A stretch of DNA of 64,000 bases. Source: Haliotis rufescens. Lineage: Eukaryota. Under the pieces are notes generated by a model that ran no database searches, was not told the origin of the DNA, and worked only from the letters and a program-made list of their open reading frames with translations. Positions 1-11,586 of this stretch are shown in pieces. Where the stretch lies: positions 19,096,001-19,160,000 of the forward strand of contig NW_025963879.1 in NCBI RefSeq assembly GCF_023055435.1. Direction: 5' to 3'. A program made the translations under genes and the position numbers. The first letter of the stretch is position 1. Each line of letters opens with the position of its first letter.

Positions 1-7
1 GGTAAGT
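1..7 (+). other. Possible 5' splice donor (G|GTAAGT); the window may be intronic
   Basis: Bases 1-7 read GGTAAGT, a consensus donor. No convincing downstream exon was found. A single short motif could be chance. Confidence 0.3.
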
Positions 8-826
8 GACAGGGACTGATTTCTTAAATCTATTTGCTGTCTTTGGAGAATGGAGCGTTTGTGAAGCGTTCTATCTCCAAGTTGACAGACACAAGGAGGA
101 GCTGAGAAAGGGTGACAATTTGCCGAAGAAGAAAAGTCACATTGCTGGGGAAGAAAAGTTGTGATGTATTTATTTGTTTGATGATGTTTGATGATACTGC
201 TTTGTTCTGTGGTTGACGAAGGGATGCATGCAGGATCTTATCCAAAGGATTTACATGTGACAACTGCCATTTTACCTCTGACATGCATGTGTCAAGGTCT
301 TGCCATCAACACTGTGTTCTTGACATCTGTCAGCATTGAATGTCACTTGTAAACTGTACGGGTCAGCCACGATGAGACTTTTTTTCAGCTAATGAATCCT
401 GAAATAATGTACCCCTATATAATAATAATGTAAAATTGATCATGTATTTTTTCAGCAATTTATCTGTCCCTTTATTCTTGATGAAGAGTACATTTTGTTA
501 CCAAATTTGGATGATGATAAAAATATTCTTCGGTCCCTATTTTCTTGTTGAAGAATACTTGGAATGTCTTCTCACAATTTTATTGATGATGGTGATGTTG
601 ATGTTGATTGAGGATGAAGGTTGTGATGATGATACATGTATATATGTATCAGACCATTTTAAATTAACATATATCATGTACACCAGGTATGAACACACTC
701 AGGTCTGCATCCTTGAGCTGCAAATGCACACACGAAATTGTGTGCATGAGTGCATCTGCGTCTGGTGCAGATCTTGTTGGTAGTAGCAAATATGCAAACT
801 GTAGGTCACCATAATTTCAGTGACAC

Positions 827-866
<40 letters not shown>
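827..866. repeat. (ATG)n microsatellite
   Basis: About 13 perfect ATG units; explains the poly-His in ORF 806..1039. Confidence 0.97.
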
Positions 867-867
<1 letters not shown>

Positions 868-1156
868 TTTTTATTGTCATCTGAAGTACTGTATTCATGT
901 AAATGTCAAATGCCAGCATGTTTCTGGAGGTGTTCTCATTGATTAAGAAATCCAAGTTACGAAACTTGCAAAAGCAATGTTGAGGGAATTGAAACTTCCA
1001 CTGTGGCATCTGAAAGTCAAGAGAAGAAACAGAAGACATGAAAGTATTTGAATGATACCGGGAGAAATTAATTCAGGATTTACTCAGTGAACTTGAGTGT
1101 GTTTAGTTTGTCTGCATTGACAACCAATAACAATGAATTTTGTTGACAGCTCACTA

Positions 1157-2456
1157 CAGTGATCCCTTAATAATTGCTACAACGCTACCTTCGGGGTCCA
1201 AATAATTGATGAGCGTTATAGATGATCAGCGGTTTAACGAAGGTAGAGTCGTAGGTGGGAGATGACCAACAAAACAGTTTTCATGCTCTGCCTACCTAAC
1301 ACGATCTTCGTTGCACGTTTCAGAGTTTCCAAAAAGATTAGATTATTTATGATTCATAGTGCAAAAAGATTTTTTATCGAGTATTAATATGCGCTTTCAA
1401 AAAAAAAACACATCGTATCCCTTCAGGTGAATAAACAGGTATAGCAAACTTGGTCAATAAAAGTATTTGATAAGAAATTTGATATAAAACATCACTAAAC
1501 ATGATGATTTACCATTTAAAATGTATTTCCTGCTCTCAAAGGCATTGTTTTACATGCAGAGATTAAGATTACCGTGTGTATTTTCTAGAAAACTAAGGCG
1601 GAAATAGCAATCAGCTGTGCACACGTTTCCTCCCAATCTACCGGTGATTCAGTTAAAATGTACCCAGTGATACCACTTTAAAGAAATTTGATGCAATGGT
1701 TGGAAGAAATTGTATCTGAAATTATTATTTTATCAGGAATAATATATTCCAAAATCATGTTATTTTAGTTGCAGCTTCCACCATATATACTTAAAATTAT
1801 AAGAACCATAAGCGTAGCACTTTGGTACAAATTGTATGCAGGATATTTTTTGACGTATGGAACGATTTTGACTAGTCACCATAGGGACTTCTCGCGCTAC
1901 ATGTATTTCGATTGCAGAAACATTATGTTGACATTTAAGAGTCAAACTGCCTCAAATGTAACTTTTAGCGAGTCATGGTACGGTATTTATGATATGTGTA
2001 TCCATTCTCTGTCAACTAAAGTTCGTTTCAAGGCGTCAATAGCGGTAATCTGACCGTGATTGCTGTTAATAACGGTGAGTTGTGCGATCTACCGATCACT
2101 TTGCATACGATTTCGCCGAAATTTTTGTAAACATTATTATATTTTTGAATAAAATTTTGAATATAATTAAAATATATTGCAAACATTACTCCAGATAAAC
2201 AATGATTTTTTTATTATTAATACCAGATATTATAATAATAGGATTAAATTGCGTACTTCAGTTTAGATTTGTTGACAGGTATTTCCGGTGTTACGTGATT
2301 GCGATGATCAGCTGATAATGTTTTCTGAGAGCGGGGAAAACATTGTGTCATTGGAAAACTTGAGTTTACTGAAAATGTTAGTAAATTTTTGGATCCATGC
2401 TTTACCGCGCGCTATAACCGAGTTATATTGAAGGGCACAATAACAAGGGAACAGTG
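1157..2456. mobile_element. Putative non-autonomous pogo/Tigger-like (TA-flanked) DNA transposon, degenerate
   Basis: Left end TA|CAGTGATCCCTT, right end AAGGGAACAGTG|TA (imperfect TIR, 10/12). Interior ~1410-2295 aligns to the reverse complement of ~15350-16160. Confidence 0.55.
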
Positions 2457-2751
2457 TATTTAGAAATGTATTTTGATCTGAAAGATCTGTGTACATGGTC
2501 CTATTTGACTTAGTCTCAGTGGCATTACAGGTGAAAGGAAAATTCTGTAAGGCAGATGAATGTAAACAGCATTTGTTGAGTGTTCTAAACAAATGGCTTG
2601 GTTTTTCAGGCATTTACAGATAATGGTACTCTTCATTTAATTCTATGACCTCAATATAGGAACCCAAATGACTATTTACAGTGTATTGATTGACATTTCA
2701 GAGTGAAAAACTTGATTTGGCTATAGCACTTCTAGCACTGTAGCTCACCAG

Positions 2752-4520
2752 ACCTGAGTTCCCCATGCTGCCACCCTAGTAAATCACCATACCAAGCCTG
2801 AGTTCCCCATGCTCCCACCATAGTGAAGTCATTTCTTCACCATACCAAGCCTGAGTTTCCCATGCTCCCACCATCGTGAAGTCTTTTCTTCACCATACCA
2901 AGCCTGAGTTCCCCATGCTCCCACCATAGTGAAGTCTTTCCGTCACCATACCAAGCCTGAGTTCCCCATGCTGCCACCATAGTGAAGTCTTTCCGTCACC
3001 ATACCAAGCCTGAGTTCCCCATGCTCCCACCATAGTGAAGTCTTTCCGTCACCATACCAAGCCTTAGTTCCCAATGCTCCCACCATCATGAAGTCTTTTC
3101 TTCAGCATACCGAGCCTGAGTTTCCCATGCTCCCACCATAGTGAAGTCTTTTCTTCACCATACCAAGCCTGAGTTCCCCATGCTCCCACCATAGTGAAGT
3201 CTTTCCGTCACCATACCAAGCCTTAGTTCCCCATGCTGCCACCATAGTGAAGTCTTTTCTTCACCATACCAAGCCTGAGTTCCCCATGCTCCCACCATAG
3301 TGAAGTCTTTTCTTCACCATACCAAGCCTGAGTTCCCCATGCTCCCACCATAGTGAAGTCTTTTCTTCACCATACCAAGCCTGAGTTCCCCATGCTCCCA
3401 CCCTAGTGAAGTCTTTTCTTCACCATACCAAGCCTGAGTTCTCCATGCTGCCACCATAGTGAAGTCTTTTCTTCACCATACCAAGCCTGAGTTCCCCATG
3501 CTCCCACCCTAGTGAAGTCTTTTCTTCACCATACCAAGCCTGAGTTCCCCATGCTCCCACCATCGTGAAGTCTTTTCTTCACCATACCAAGCCTGAGTTC
3601 CCCATGCTCCCACCATAGTGAAGTCTTTTCTTCACCATACCAAGCCTGAGTTCCCCATGCTGCCACCATCGTGAAGTCTTCTCTTCACCATACCAAGCCT
3701 GAGTTCCCCATGCTCCCACCATCGTGAAGTCTTTTCTTCACCATACCAAGCCTGAGTTCCCCATGCTCCCACCATAGTGAAGTCTTTCCATCACCATACC
3801 AAGCCTGAGTTCCCCATGCTGCCACCATCGTGAAGTCTTTCCATCACCATACCAAGCCTGAGTTCCCCATGCTGCCACCATAGTGAAGTCTTTCCATCAC
3901 CATACCAAGCCTGAGTTCCCCATGCTGCCACCATAGTGAAGTCTTTTCTTCACCATACCAAGCCTGAGTTCCCCATGCTCCCACCATAGTGAAGTCTTTC
4001 CATCACCATACCAAGCCTGAGTTCCCCATGCTGCCACCATCGTGAAGTCTTTTCTTCACCATACCAAGCCTGAGTTCCCCATGCTCCCACCATAGTGAAG
4101 TCTTTTCTTCACCATACCAAGCCTGAGTTCCCCATGCTCCCACCATCGTGAAGTATTTTCTTCACCATACCAAGCCTGAGTTCCCCATGCTGCCACCATA
4201 GTGAAGTCTTTTCTTCACCATACCAAGCCTGAGTTCCCCATGCTCCCACCATAGTGAAGTCTTTCCATCACCGTACCAAGCCTGAGTTCCCCATGCTCCC
4301 ACCATCGTGAAGTCTTTTCTTCACCATATCAAGCCTGAGTTCCCCATGCTGCCACCATAGTTAAGTCTTTTCTTCACCATACCAAGCCTGAGTTCCCCAT
4401 GCTCTCTTCATAGTGAAGTCTTTTCTTTATCATACCAAGCCTTAGTTCCCCATGCTGCCACCATAGTGAAGTCTTTTCTTCACCATACCAAGCCTGAGTT
4501 CCCCATGCTCCCACCCTAGT
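2752..4520. repeat. 53-bp minisatellite, ~33 copies
   Basis: Unit CACCATACCAAGCCTGAGTTCCCCATGCTCCCACCATAGTGAAGTCTTTTCTT; unit starts at 2891 and 2944. Confidence 0.97.
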
Positions 4521-4787
4521 AAAGTGCATTTCTTATCCCCAAGGCCTCAGACTTCTACACATTGTAGTTTTTTTCAAACTTTTTTCAAACTTGCAAAAAC
4601 CTGGGTTGCAAAACCTGAGTTGCACATTTAATATTGTGTGGATAGGCTGAATGTCAAGAAATAAATTATGAAATGACAAAAATTTGGGCCTGTGTTGGAT
4701 CTTCACAGTATGACTATTGTTAGTGTATGTAAAGTATGGAAGTTAGTACAGCTATTATTACCACCTAGACTACATGAAAGGTGGCCA

Positions 4788-4890
4788 GAATGCCAACTGG
4801 CCCAAGCCAAGTCTGTTTGGAGCCCATAATTGGTCTAGGTCTAGGTCTAGATCTTGTTATGAGTGACCAGTGTCAAACTGAGACGTCATC
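4788..4890 (+). repeat. ~100-bp dispersed direct repeat with internal (GGTCTA)n; second copy at ~7840-7954
   Basis: GAATGCCA.CTGGCCCAAGCCAAGTCTGTTTGGAGCCCATAATT(GGTCTA)n...GTGTCAAACTGAGACGTCATC occurs at both loci. Confidence 0.9.
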
Positions 4891-5039
4891 TCTGTGCATT
4901 TAGGGGAATCATCAACTGCTAAATTGTTGAACATACTATAATCTGAGTTTACAGACAAAGTGGGTTTGGAATCAGACTTGCAAGGAATGACAACAGGATT
5001 GGAGTCAGATCTCCTTCAGAAAGCCTTCAATTTGACTAA

Positions 5040-5500
5040 GATATAAAGAGAAGGATTTTAGCTTCTCAACTTTTACATAAATTATGATAGTTACTCAAAC
5101 CAACAAGAACTTTAAACTAATCACAAATAAGGTGAGCTTCAGCGCCAAGGGCATTTTTTCCTTGTTAAAAAATATTTGGACTCATTCAGGAAGCATGTTG
5201 ATCTCACACAGGCTTCCTCCAGTTACTCACTATATCAGAGAAATGGGTCAGTAAATGGACTTTGACTGACTATGGACATAGAGTAAATGTTTGAAGTGTT
5301 TGTTCCCAGGGATTTCTACAGAAATGATGAGTATTCCTTTTGGGTGGTCCCTTCCTGTTGACTTGGATGTCTGGAACTTAAGGACAAGAAGTCCTCTAAG
5401 TTCCCGGTGACGTTTTTCAATTTTTTATCAGTCATTTCATTTTCATGTCTAGCTCTCCAACTTTCTTTTAATGTCTTTTGCCTTTTTCAAAAGAGCGTTT
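5040..5500 (-). pseudogene. Possible highly decayed LINE ORF2 C-terminal remnant
   Basis: Minus-strand translation gives IKESWRARHENEMTDKKLKNV and, after frameshifts, ...SKYFLTRK, reminiscent of the region around the LINE C-terminal zinc knuckle. Judged by eye only. Confidence 0.25.
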
Positions 5501-6847
5501 TTTAATCTGAACTGTTGACAGTCACTGTGTGAAGATGATAGAAATTGCCACTAGTACAGTAGTCACAACAAAAATAAAAAAACTGGTATGTTTTTAAAAT
5601 TTAACATAGGACTTGAATCCATGCAGTGGTACAGTGTGTGAAGCCTGTTCTGAGGTGCATCTTTCTGAGACTCGAATGTCTGACAAAGAAGGCATAAGGA
5701 AGACAATGGTATAAAAATCTAAACTGAAATGTCACTACAATAGTACATTTAAGTTTTTATCTATGAATTGTGTCTACTTTGTCATCTGTCAACAGTGGTA
5801 CAGTGTGTGAAGCCTGTTCTCTGGTGGCTGTTTCTGTTATTTGGCTGAAATATTTGTTAAAGGTGTAAAACTCATTCTGCATGTTAAAACAATAGTCACT
5901 CATTCCCCATGTTAGGTATGGATCTGCTCACCAGCTACTCCCTTCAACATAACAATTTATGAAAGTGGTGGAATTTTGTCAATAATTTTGACTCTGTAAA
6001 TTTTCGCAAGTCTTCATTGCACGCATACACAAAGAATGATGAATGGTCACGTCTACCATGTTTGGAAAGCATTCAAGAAGTGAGACATGAGAATCTCCTT
6101 AATCATGTATCATTTAATATACTCTGGAATATTTCGTTAAAGAAATAGAATTTGATCAGTGCTTTTTTTCATGTTCTGGACAGCAAACATTTGAAGTGTG
6201 GAACCTTGTATGAAATACTGCTGAGGATATCCAGACAAATTTTCACTGATGATAGCAAAAGCCAGACTCTCTTCTCTAACCCTCTTTTCTTAATCTGTCA
6301 CCCCAAACACAATTATGCTGCCTCAGCAATTTGACAGTGACTGGAGTAAAGGTCAACATGATGTACTGTAACTATTCTATCATATGTACAGGAGGGGAAA
6401 TAGCATGTGTTGTTGTTTGACAGTTATGGTAAGTGCAACTGCACATTAAATGCTAAACGTCTAGACCTGCGTTAATCTGGGCTTTCCCCTATTCTCAGAC
6501 AACTGTTCAAACCCTTTTCACTCTTTAACACCTCAGGCCAGACTTCATTTTATTGTTTGGATTACAGATTTCATGGATAGTTGGTGAGAAAAAAATGACT
6601 ATGTAAAATGTGAAAAAAACATTTTAGATTTTTTATAATTTATTTTAAAAAGTGATCTGAATATTTTGCCAATTGAGCGATTTTAGTTAAGTGTGCCCTG
6701 TCAGTCTTACACTTAAGCCTTTTTACTAAGTGATGAACATTCAAATTGCATTTGGAGGAATTTGGGATTTAATTTTCAGGTTATTTTTTCTTTTACATTT
6801 AATTTCTCTAGGATTGGCGGAATTATAAAAAATGATCTCTCTGAAGG

Positions 6848-7003
6848 CAGCGTTAGAAATTGGCACTAGTCCTATAGTCCTTACCAAACTGCCCAATAGT
6901 AAAGGTATCCTAAGGACTAGTAGAAATTTGCCCATTTTAAGGGTTTTGCTATATGTTATCATTATAAGGACTAGTGGACAAAAACTGTTAGTTTCTAACC
7001 CTG
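6848..7003. mobile_element. 156-bp MITE (hAT-like termini); second copy at ~62640-62794
   Basis: Termini CAGCGTTAGAAA...TTTCTAACCCTG, flanked by direct repeat CTGAAGG (6841-6847, 7004-7010). Near-identical body at 62645-62794. Confidence 0.8.
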
Positions 7004-7051
7004 CTGAAGGGTGTAATAATTTGTTTATTACACATTATTTCTTAATCCTTT

Positions 7052-7300
7052 AGAGCTTCCCTTTAGTAAAAATGCACTGAACCTCTTAGAATACGCTCTT
7101 AGAAAACTGCAATCTTCAGCTATGACATCTTTTCTAGTGTGATGTCTTCATGACCTTACATCACTATAAGATTCAAATGATGTCAAAAATGCTCTCCGGT
7201 TGACGTAAACAATACACTGGTGCGCGTGAAGTGATATTTGGACTAGTGCATATACGAGTTGTATCAACTCGGTTATTTCTTACCCTATTAAAGTAGGTTA
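7052..7300 (+). repeat. Unclassified dispersed repeat; related copy at ~39190-39430
   Basis: Shared blocks in the same order: GAGCT.CCCTTTAG.AAAAATGCACT, CTTAGAAAAC, AACAATACACTGG...GCGTGAAGTGATAT, GTTATTTCT.ACC. Confidence 0.7.
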
Positions 7301-7404
7301 AGGCATAATTTGTCATGTATTGAAGCTGGCTGTGCTCTGTCTTGTCACAGTTAGAGTAAGGATGGGAGATATTGCTATGATCTCTTTTTGTTAAATTTCA
7401 ATGT

Positions 7405-7630
7405 TCGCTGTGCAGAGTTGCATCCCTTGGACACGCCAGAAACTTGTGATCAAAGGATCGAATCCCGATTCGCCTGATTTTGTTTCCAGGTTTGTCAGGA
7501 CCATACCCATGCTCGTTTCACCAAAGTGGTAAAGGTCCAGTACCTGCATCACTTAGGGCTTTCCTCCCACATTATGCTGACACGCCGTGATATAACTGGA
7601 ATAATGTTAAAAGCAGCATTAAACCCAATC
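7405..7630 (+). mobile_element. SINE family B, 5'-truncated copy
   Basis: Aligns with 9540-9770 through the 3' tail. Confidence 0.85.
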
Positions 7631-8287
7631 TCAAACATTTGCATGACAAGACAAAGGCCGTGCTGGGTTTACTCTAATACAGTTATATGAGTTCTTGTGA
7701 TCAGCTTTGTGTTATAATCCCAGGAAAATGAACAAAACTTTACGGTGGACTGTCATTCCATGATCTGGTGCCCACTTTGTGTCAAGGTCTACATTCAGTA
7801 AGTTGTGTCAAACTGAGACGATTGAATCAAACTAGCAGGGAATGCCATCTGGCCCAAGCCAAGTCTGTTTGGAGCCCATAATTGGTCTAGGTCTAGGTCT
7901 AGGTCTAGGTCTAGGTCTTGTTATGAGTGACTAGTGTCAAACTGAGACGTCATCATTTGAAGCAAATTGATATATTGCTGTCATGCTTCATAAAACAACA
8001 TTCACGTACTGTCATTCCTAATTTCAAACTCTGATGAACTTAAACACTTTTCAAGATAAAGATGAAGATGATAATATGTTTTCATCCTTTTCCAATGATG
8101 TTTGGGGCAAATATATTTGATAGAGGGATCATGGTGCATGTCAAGCTTTGAATCTATACCAGAACTAATTTTACATCACAATCTAAATAATTCATTTGTA
8201 GCAGATTAAATTGGAAGACGTCAATGTGGGCTGAACAAAGGCTAAATACTTGTGTTCTGAAACGTCAAGCCCATGCACTTTTGGCTA

Positions 8288-8490
8288 GTGGGTGTGGGAG
8301 GGAAGTGTGAGGGTGGTGGGTGTGGGAGTGAAGTGTGAGGGGGTAGGGTGTGGGAGTGAAGTGTGAGGGTGGTGGGTGTGGGAGGGACATGTGCAGGTGA
8401 TGGGAGTGGAAGGCACGTGGGAGGGTGTTGGGATGGGGGAGGGACTTGTGAAGGTGTTGAAGGGGGGGGGGGGGGGGGGGGTGATAGGGG
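8288..8490. repeat. G-rich degenerate ~28-bp tandem repeat plus a ~20-nt poly-G run
   Basis: GTGGGTGTGGGAGGGAAGTGTGAGGGTG-like units, then a G-run at 8462-8481. Confidence 0.85.
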
Positions 8491-9501
8491 ATGGAGTGCA
8501 TGCTGTTGAGGATGGGGTTCTGGCATGAAAATTAGGATGTCTGGATGGATATTACGAGGTGTGGGTGGATTTTAGGATGAGTTGGGTGATGATAGGATTG
8601 ATTGGTGCTCTTACCAGTTAATCTTATCTGATCAGCCTTTGTGTCGGTATGCCAATACCATTTAGCGATAGTGCCTCCCAGCATGCTAGAAGAGGCAGAA
8701 GTTGTCTCCGGTAGGGGAAATGATGGTGATATATTGGGCGGGGGCATGCTGTTAAACCCCCGACATCATGGGGGAGGATGCAGGGCAGTGATGTAACAAG
8801 GATAAGGTAGATAGGTTTTTTACCTGTGTATGATGGACCTTACTCAGTGCGTAGTTTTTGATGCATTTGTTTGTATTGAAGGTAATAGGCTTGTGTGGCT
8901 TAATCACAACACACAGCAGGGAACTTGGGCACTGAATGCATCTCAGTTCTATTGGATTATTTTAGTTCAAAGGTACACTGGTTGGAGAGTTGATGTGTAT
9001 TTCTTGTCAGTCGATGTTTCGCTTATTTCCATTTCACTTGCTGATTGTTTTAATTCGCTTGCATCAGTGACAACGGACGTGGAATGTTGTGTATTCACGT
9101 ACATTGCAACCAAATCTAATTCTGGGATATTTGTTAACCACTTTCCCCGATTAGGCAGTCAATCACCTTTTTGCCCGTCAGAGTGTTCGGGTATTCTGGA
9201 ACTAAGTTGAGTCAATTATTTTCAACAAAGCGGTAAAAATGAATGACTGTTGTCTTTCTTCCGACATTAATCTGAACTGTTACAATAAGTGATGTTGCAA
9301 TGTATCAATCCACCTGTAAATTGCAATTGATTCACTGTGCAGAGTTGTGTCCCTTATTTGTGCCATCTGATAGTCCTGGGTTCCAGCCCGAGATTTGCCC
9401 TGACAGTGGTGCTTGTTTTGTTGGCCTTATACCCGTGTGTTTTCATCAAAGTGGTCAAACGTCTATAACCTGCATCACTTCAGAATTTCCTCCCCCCATG
9501 A

Positions 9502-9782
9502 GGGGGCATGGGTGGCCCAGTCGTCTAAGGCACCGCGATTTGCTGTGCAGAGTTGTTGTCCCTTGGGCACGCCAGAAACCTATGATTGTGGGTTCGAATC
9601 CCGGTTCTCCCTGATTATGTTTCTAGGTTTGTCAGCACTATACCCGTGCTCGTGGGTTTCACCGAAGTGGTAAACGTCTGAGACCTGCATCACTTCGGGC
9701 TTTCCTCCCACATTAAGCTGACACGCCGTGATATAATTGGAATACTGTTAAAAGCGGCGTTAAACCAAACTCACTCACTCAC
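9502..9782 (+). mobile_element. SINE family B, full length (tRNA-like head, V-like body, (ACTC)n tail), nested in an older B copy
   Basis: A box TGGCCCAGTCGTCTAAGG, B box GGTTCGAATCCC. 14-bp TSD TCCTCCCCCCATGA at 9488-9501 and 9783-9796. Older copy spans ~9330-9501 and resumes after 9797. Confidence 0.92.
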
Positions 9783-10434
9783 TCCTCCCCCCATGATGCT
9801 GATGGCAGGGATTTATCCTGGATTCCCAACTAAATGCCCTCAATGGCAGGCGAAGTTGACATCCATAAATTCTCTTCCTTATAGTTAAGAAAGTTGGGAT
9901 TTAAATGTGACAAAACTGAATATTATTTGAAGTACAAAATGAGTTTGATGCAGGTTGATGATGATGGGTGGCCAGGGAGTACTGGCTGTGTCTTGAGTTA
10001 CAGTACTGCTGTGTGTTGTTAGTCCTGATGGAGTATACATTACTACCTGTATCATTGTAATGAATCACAGAGAAATATGACACAGGATCTGACAGATGAT
10101 TTCTCCCCCAGAGGGACTGTGTTGTAGCCTTGTGATCTGTCTGTTTCTGTCTGTTTGTTGTTTAACGTCGCACTCAGCAATATGCCAGCTATATGAAGGC
10201 GGTCTGTAAATAATCGAGTCTGGACCAGACAATCCAATGAGCATGTGTTTATGAATCGTGAAAGTGAGCATATCCTGTCCCACTGGTTACTCCCATCATA
10301 AAGACATGCAAAGGCAAGTCAATTGCTCAGCTGAAAAGACACAGGAACATATGGTACAGGTCAACTAAGGAAATTACATCAGACATCATTTTGGTCACCG
10401 ATGCATCAAATTTTGAAATGTTCTCCATAGAACA

Positions 10435-10648
10435 TTCTGTTTTTAGCAATATTCCTGCTGTATGAAGTTTGTAAATAAAAAAGTCCTGACCAGACAATTC
10501 AATGACTGACATCATGAGCATTAATCTACGCAAATGGGATATGATGACATACATCAACCAAGTCAACAAGCCTGACCACTTGATCCGTTAGTTGCCTCTT
10601 ATGACAAACATGGGTTGCTGAAGACCAATTCTAACCCTGATCTTCACA
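10435..10648 (-). mobile_element. Retroposon family C (no tRNA head), single-hairpin subtype; extra 3' fragment at ~10150-10245
   Basis: Reverse complement begins GTGAAGATCAGGGTTAGAATTGGTCTTCAGCAACCCATG and ends in the shared GGAATATTGCT tail. Confidence 0.85.
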
Positions 10649-11267
10649 GCTGTTTGTTTCTTTGAAAGCCCTATGGTAGTCACAAGATAGATCTAATTGT
10701 CACTGAAAAAAAAGTCACAATCAATAGTCTTTGTTACTTCATTATATACAATTTCAGCTTGTTATATCCCGAAGTATCAACACATGTAACGCATATTGTC
10801 ACTACTCGATAAATATTCTAGCCATGCGAATGGCCTGTTGCAGGCTTGTACAAATCCATACACGGCTGGTAAGGTTTTACAGATGCCTTCGGTCTTATGG
10901 TGTAAAAGCCCATTCAGCTCTTAAAATCCTATACTCCCCATTAATGACACAAGCAATGCATACAGTATTGGGCTGCATTTTTGCTGAGATTAAAGGTGAG
11001 GGTCATCGGCTATTAAATAACCATTAAATGATTTTTGTTGCCTTTGAAAACTGGAGTATATGAAACATAGGGTAGTGTTTTATTTGGAAAGAATTCTGTT
11101 TAGTTCTGTTGATGTCATCTCAGGTCACATGCTAAAACAACACAGACCTTGTAAATGTGTTTACGATAATATGGAGCCCTTTCCAGTCTGTGACAAAAAC
11201 ATTCGAGTCAACTTGCCCAAACATAGCTCTTAACATAACTTCCATTAGAGATGATTAGCTTAGCTTA

Positions 11268-11586
11268 CCGTATTCGACGCAGTTAACTCCCCACTCCTAT
11301 AAGCGCCCACGACAATATTTGCTAATATATTGGCCGGTAAACAATCCAAATTAGCACCCCTTCTGATTGATTATTTATTTGTATATACTATGCACTCGTG
11401 TGTTATATGAACTCTTAATTATGGGCAATTAAATTCTAGAAAATATATCTGTTGTATATAAACATGTCAGGCTGTCAGCATAAACCATGAAATTTACGAT
11501 CTTTCAACTCTTTCAATAATATTCTTATAAGAGCCCCCTATTTCTAATTTTGAGAGCGCCCAGGGCGCTTATTATGTTGAATACGG
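11268..11586. mobile_element. Tc2-like MITE family A (~320 bp); orphan second 3' end at ~11710-11782
   Basis: TA|CCGTATTCGACG...TGTTGAATACGG|TA. CCGTA termini with TA flanks are typical of Tc2-type Tc1/mariner derivatives. Confidence 0.85.

Noticed and set aside
2752-4520. CRISPR-like appearance of the regular arrays (also 26.5 kb and 56.5 kb)
   Set aside because: Head-to-tail repeats with no unique spacers, no cas genes, and a eukaryotic context.
8242-8526. Pro/His-rich ORFs
   Set aside because: Translations of the G-rich repeat's complementary strand.
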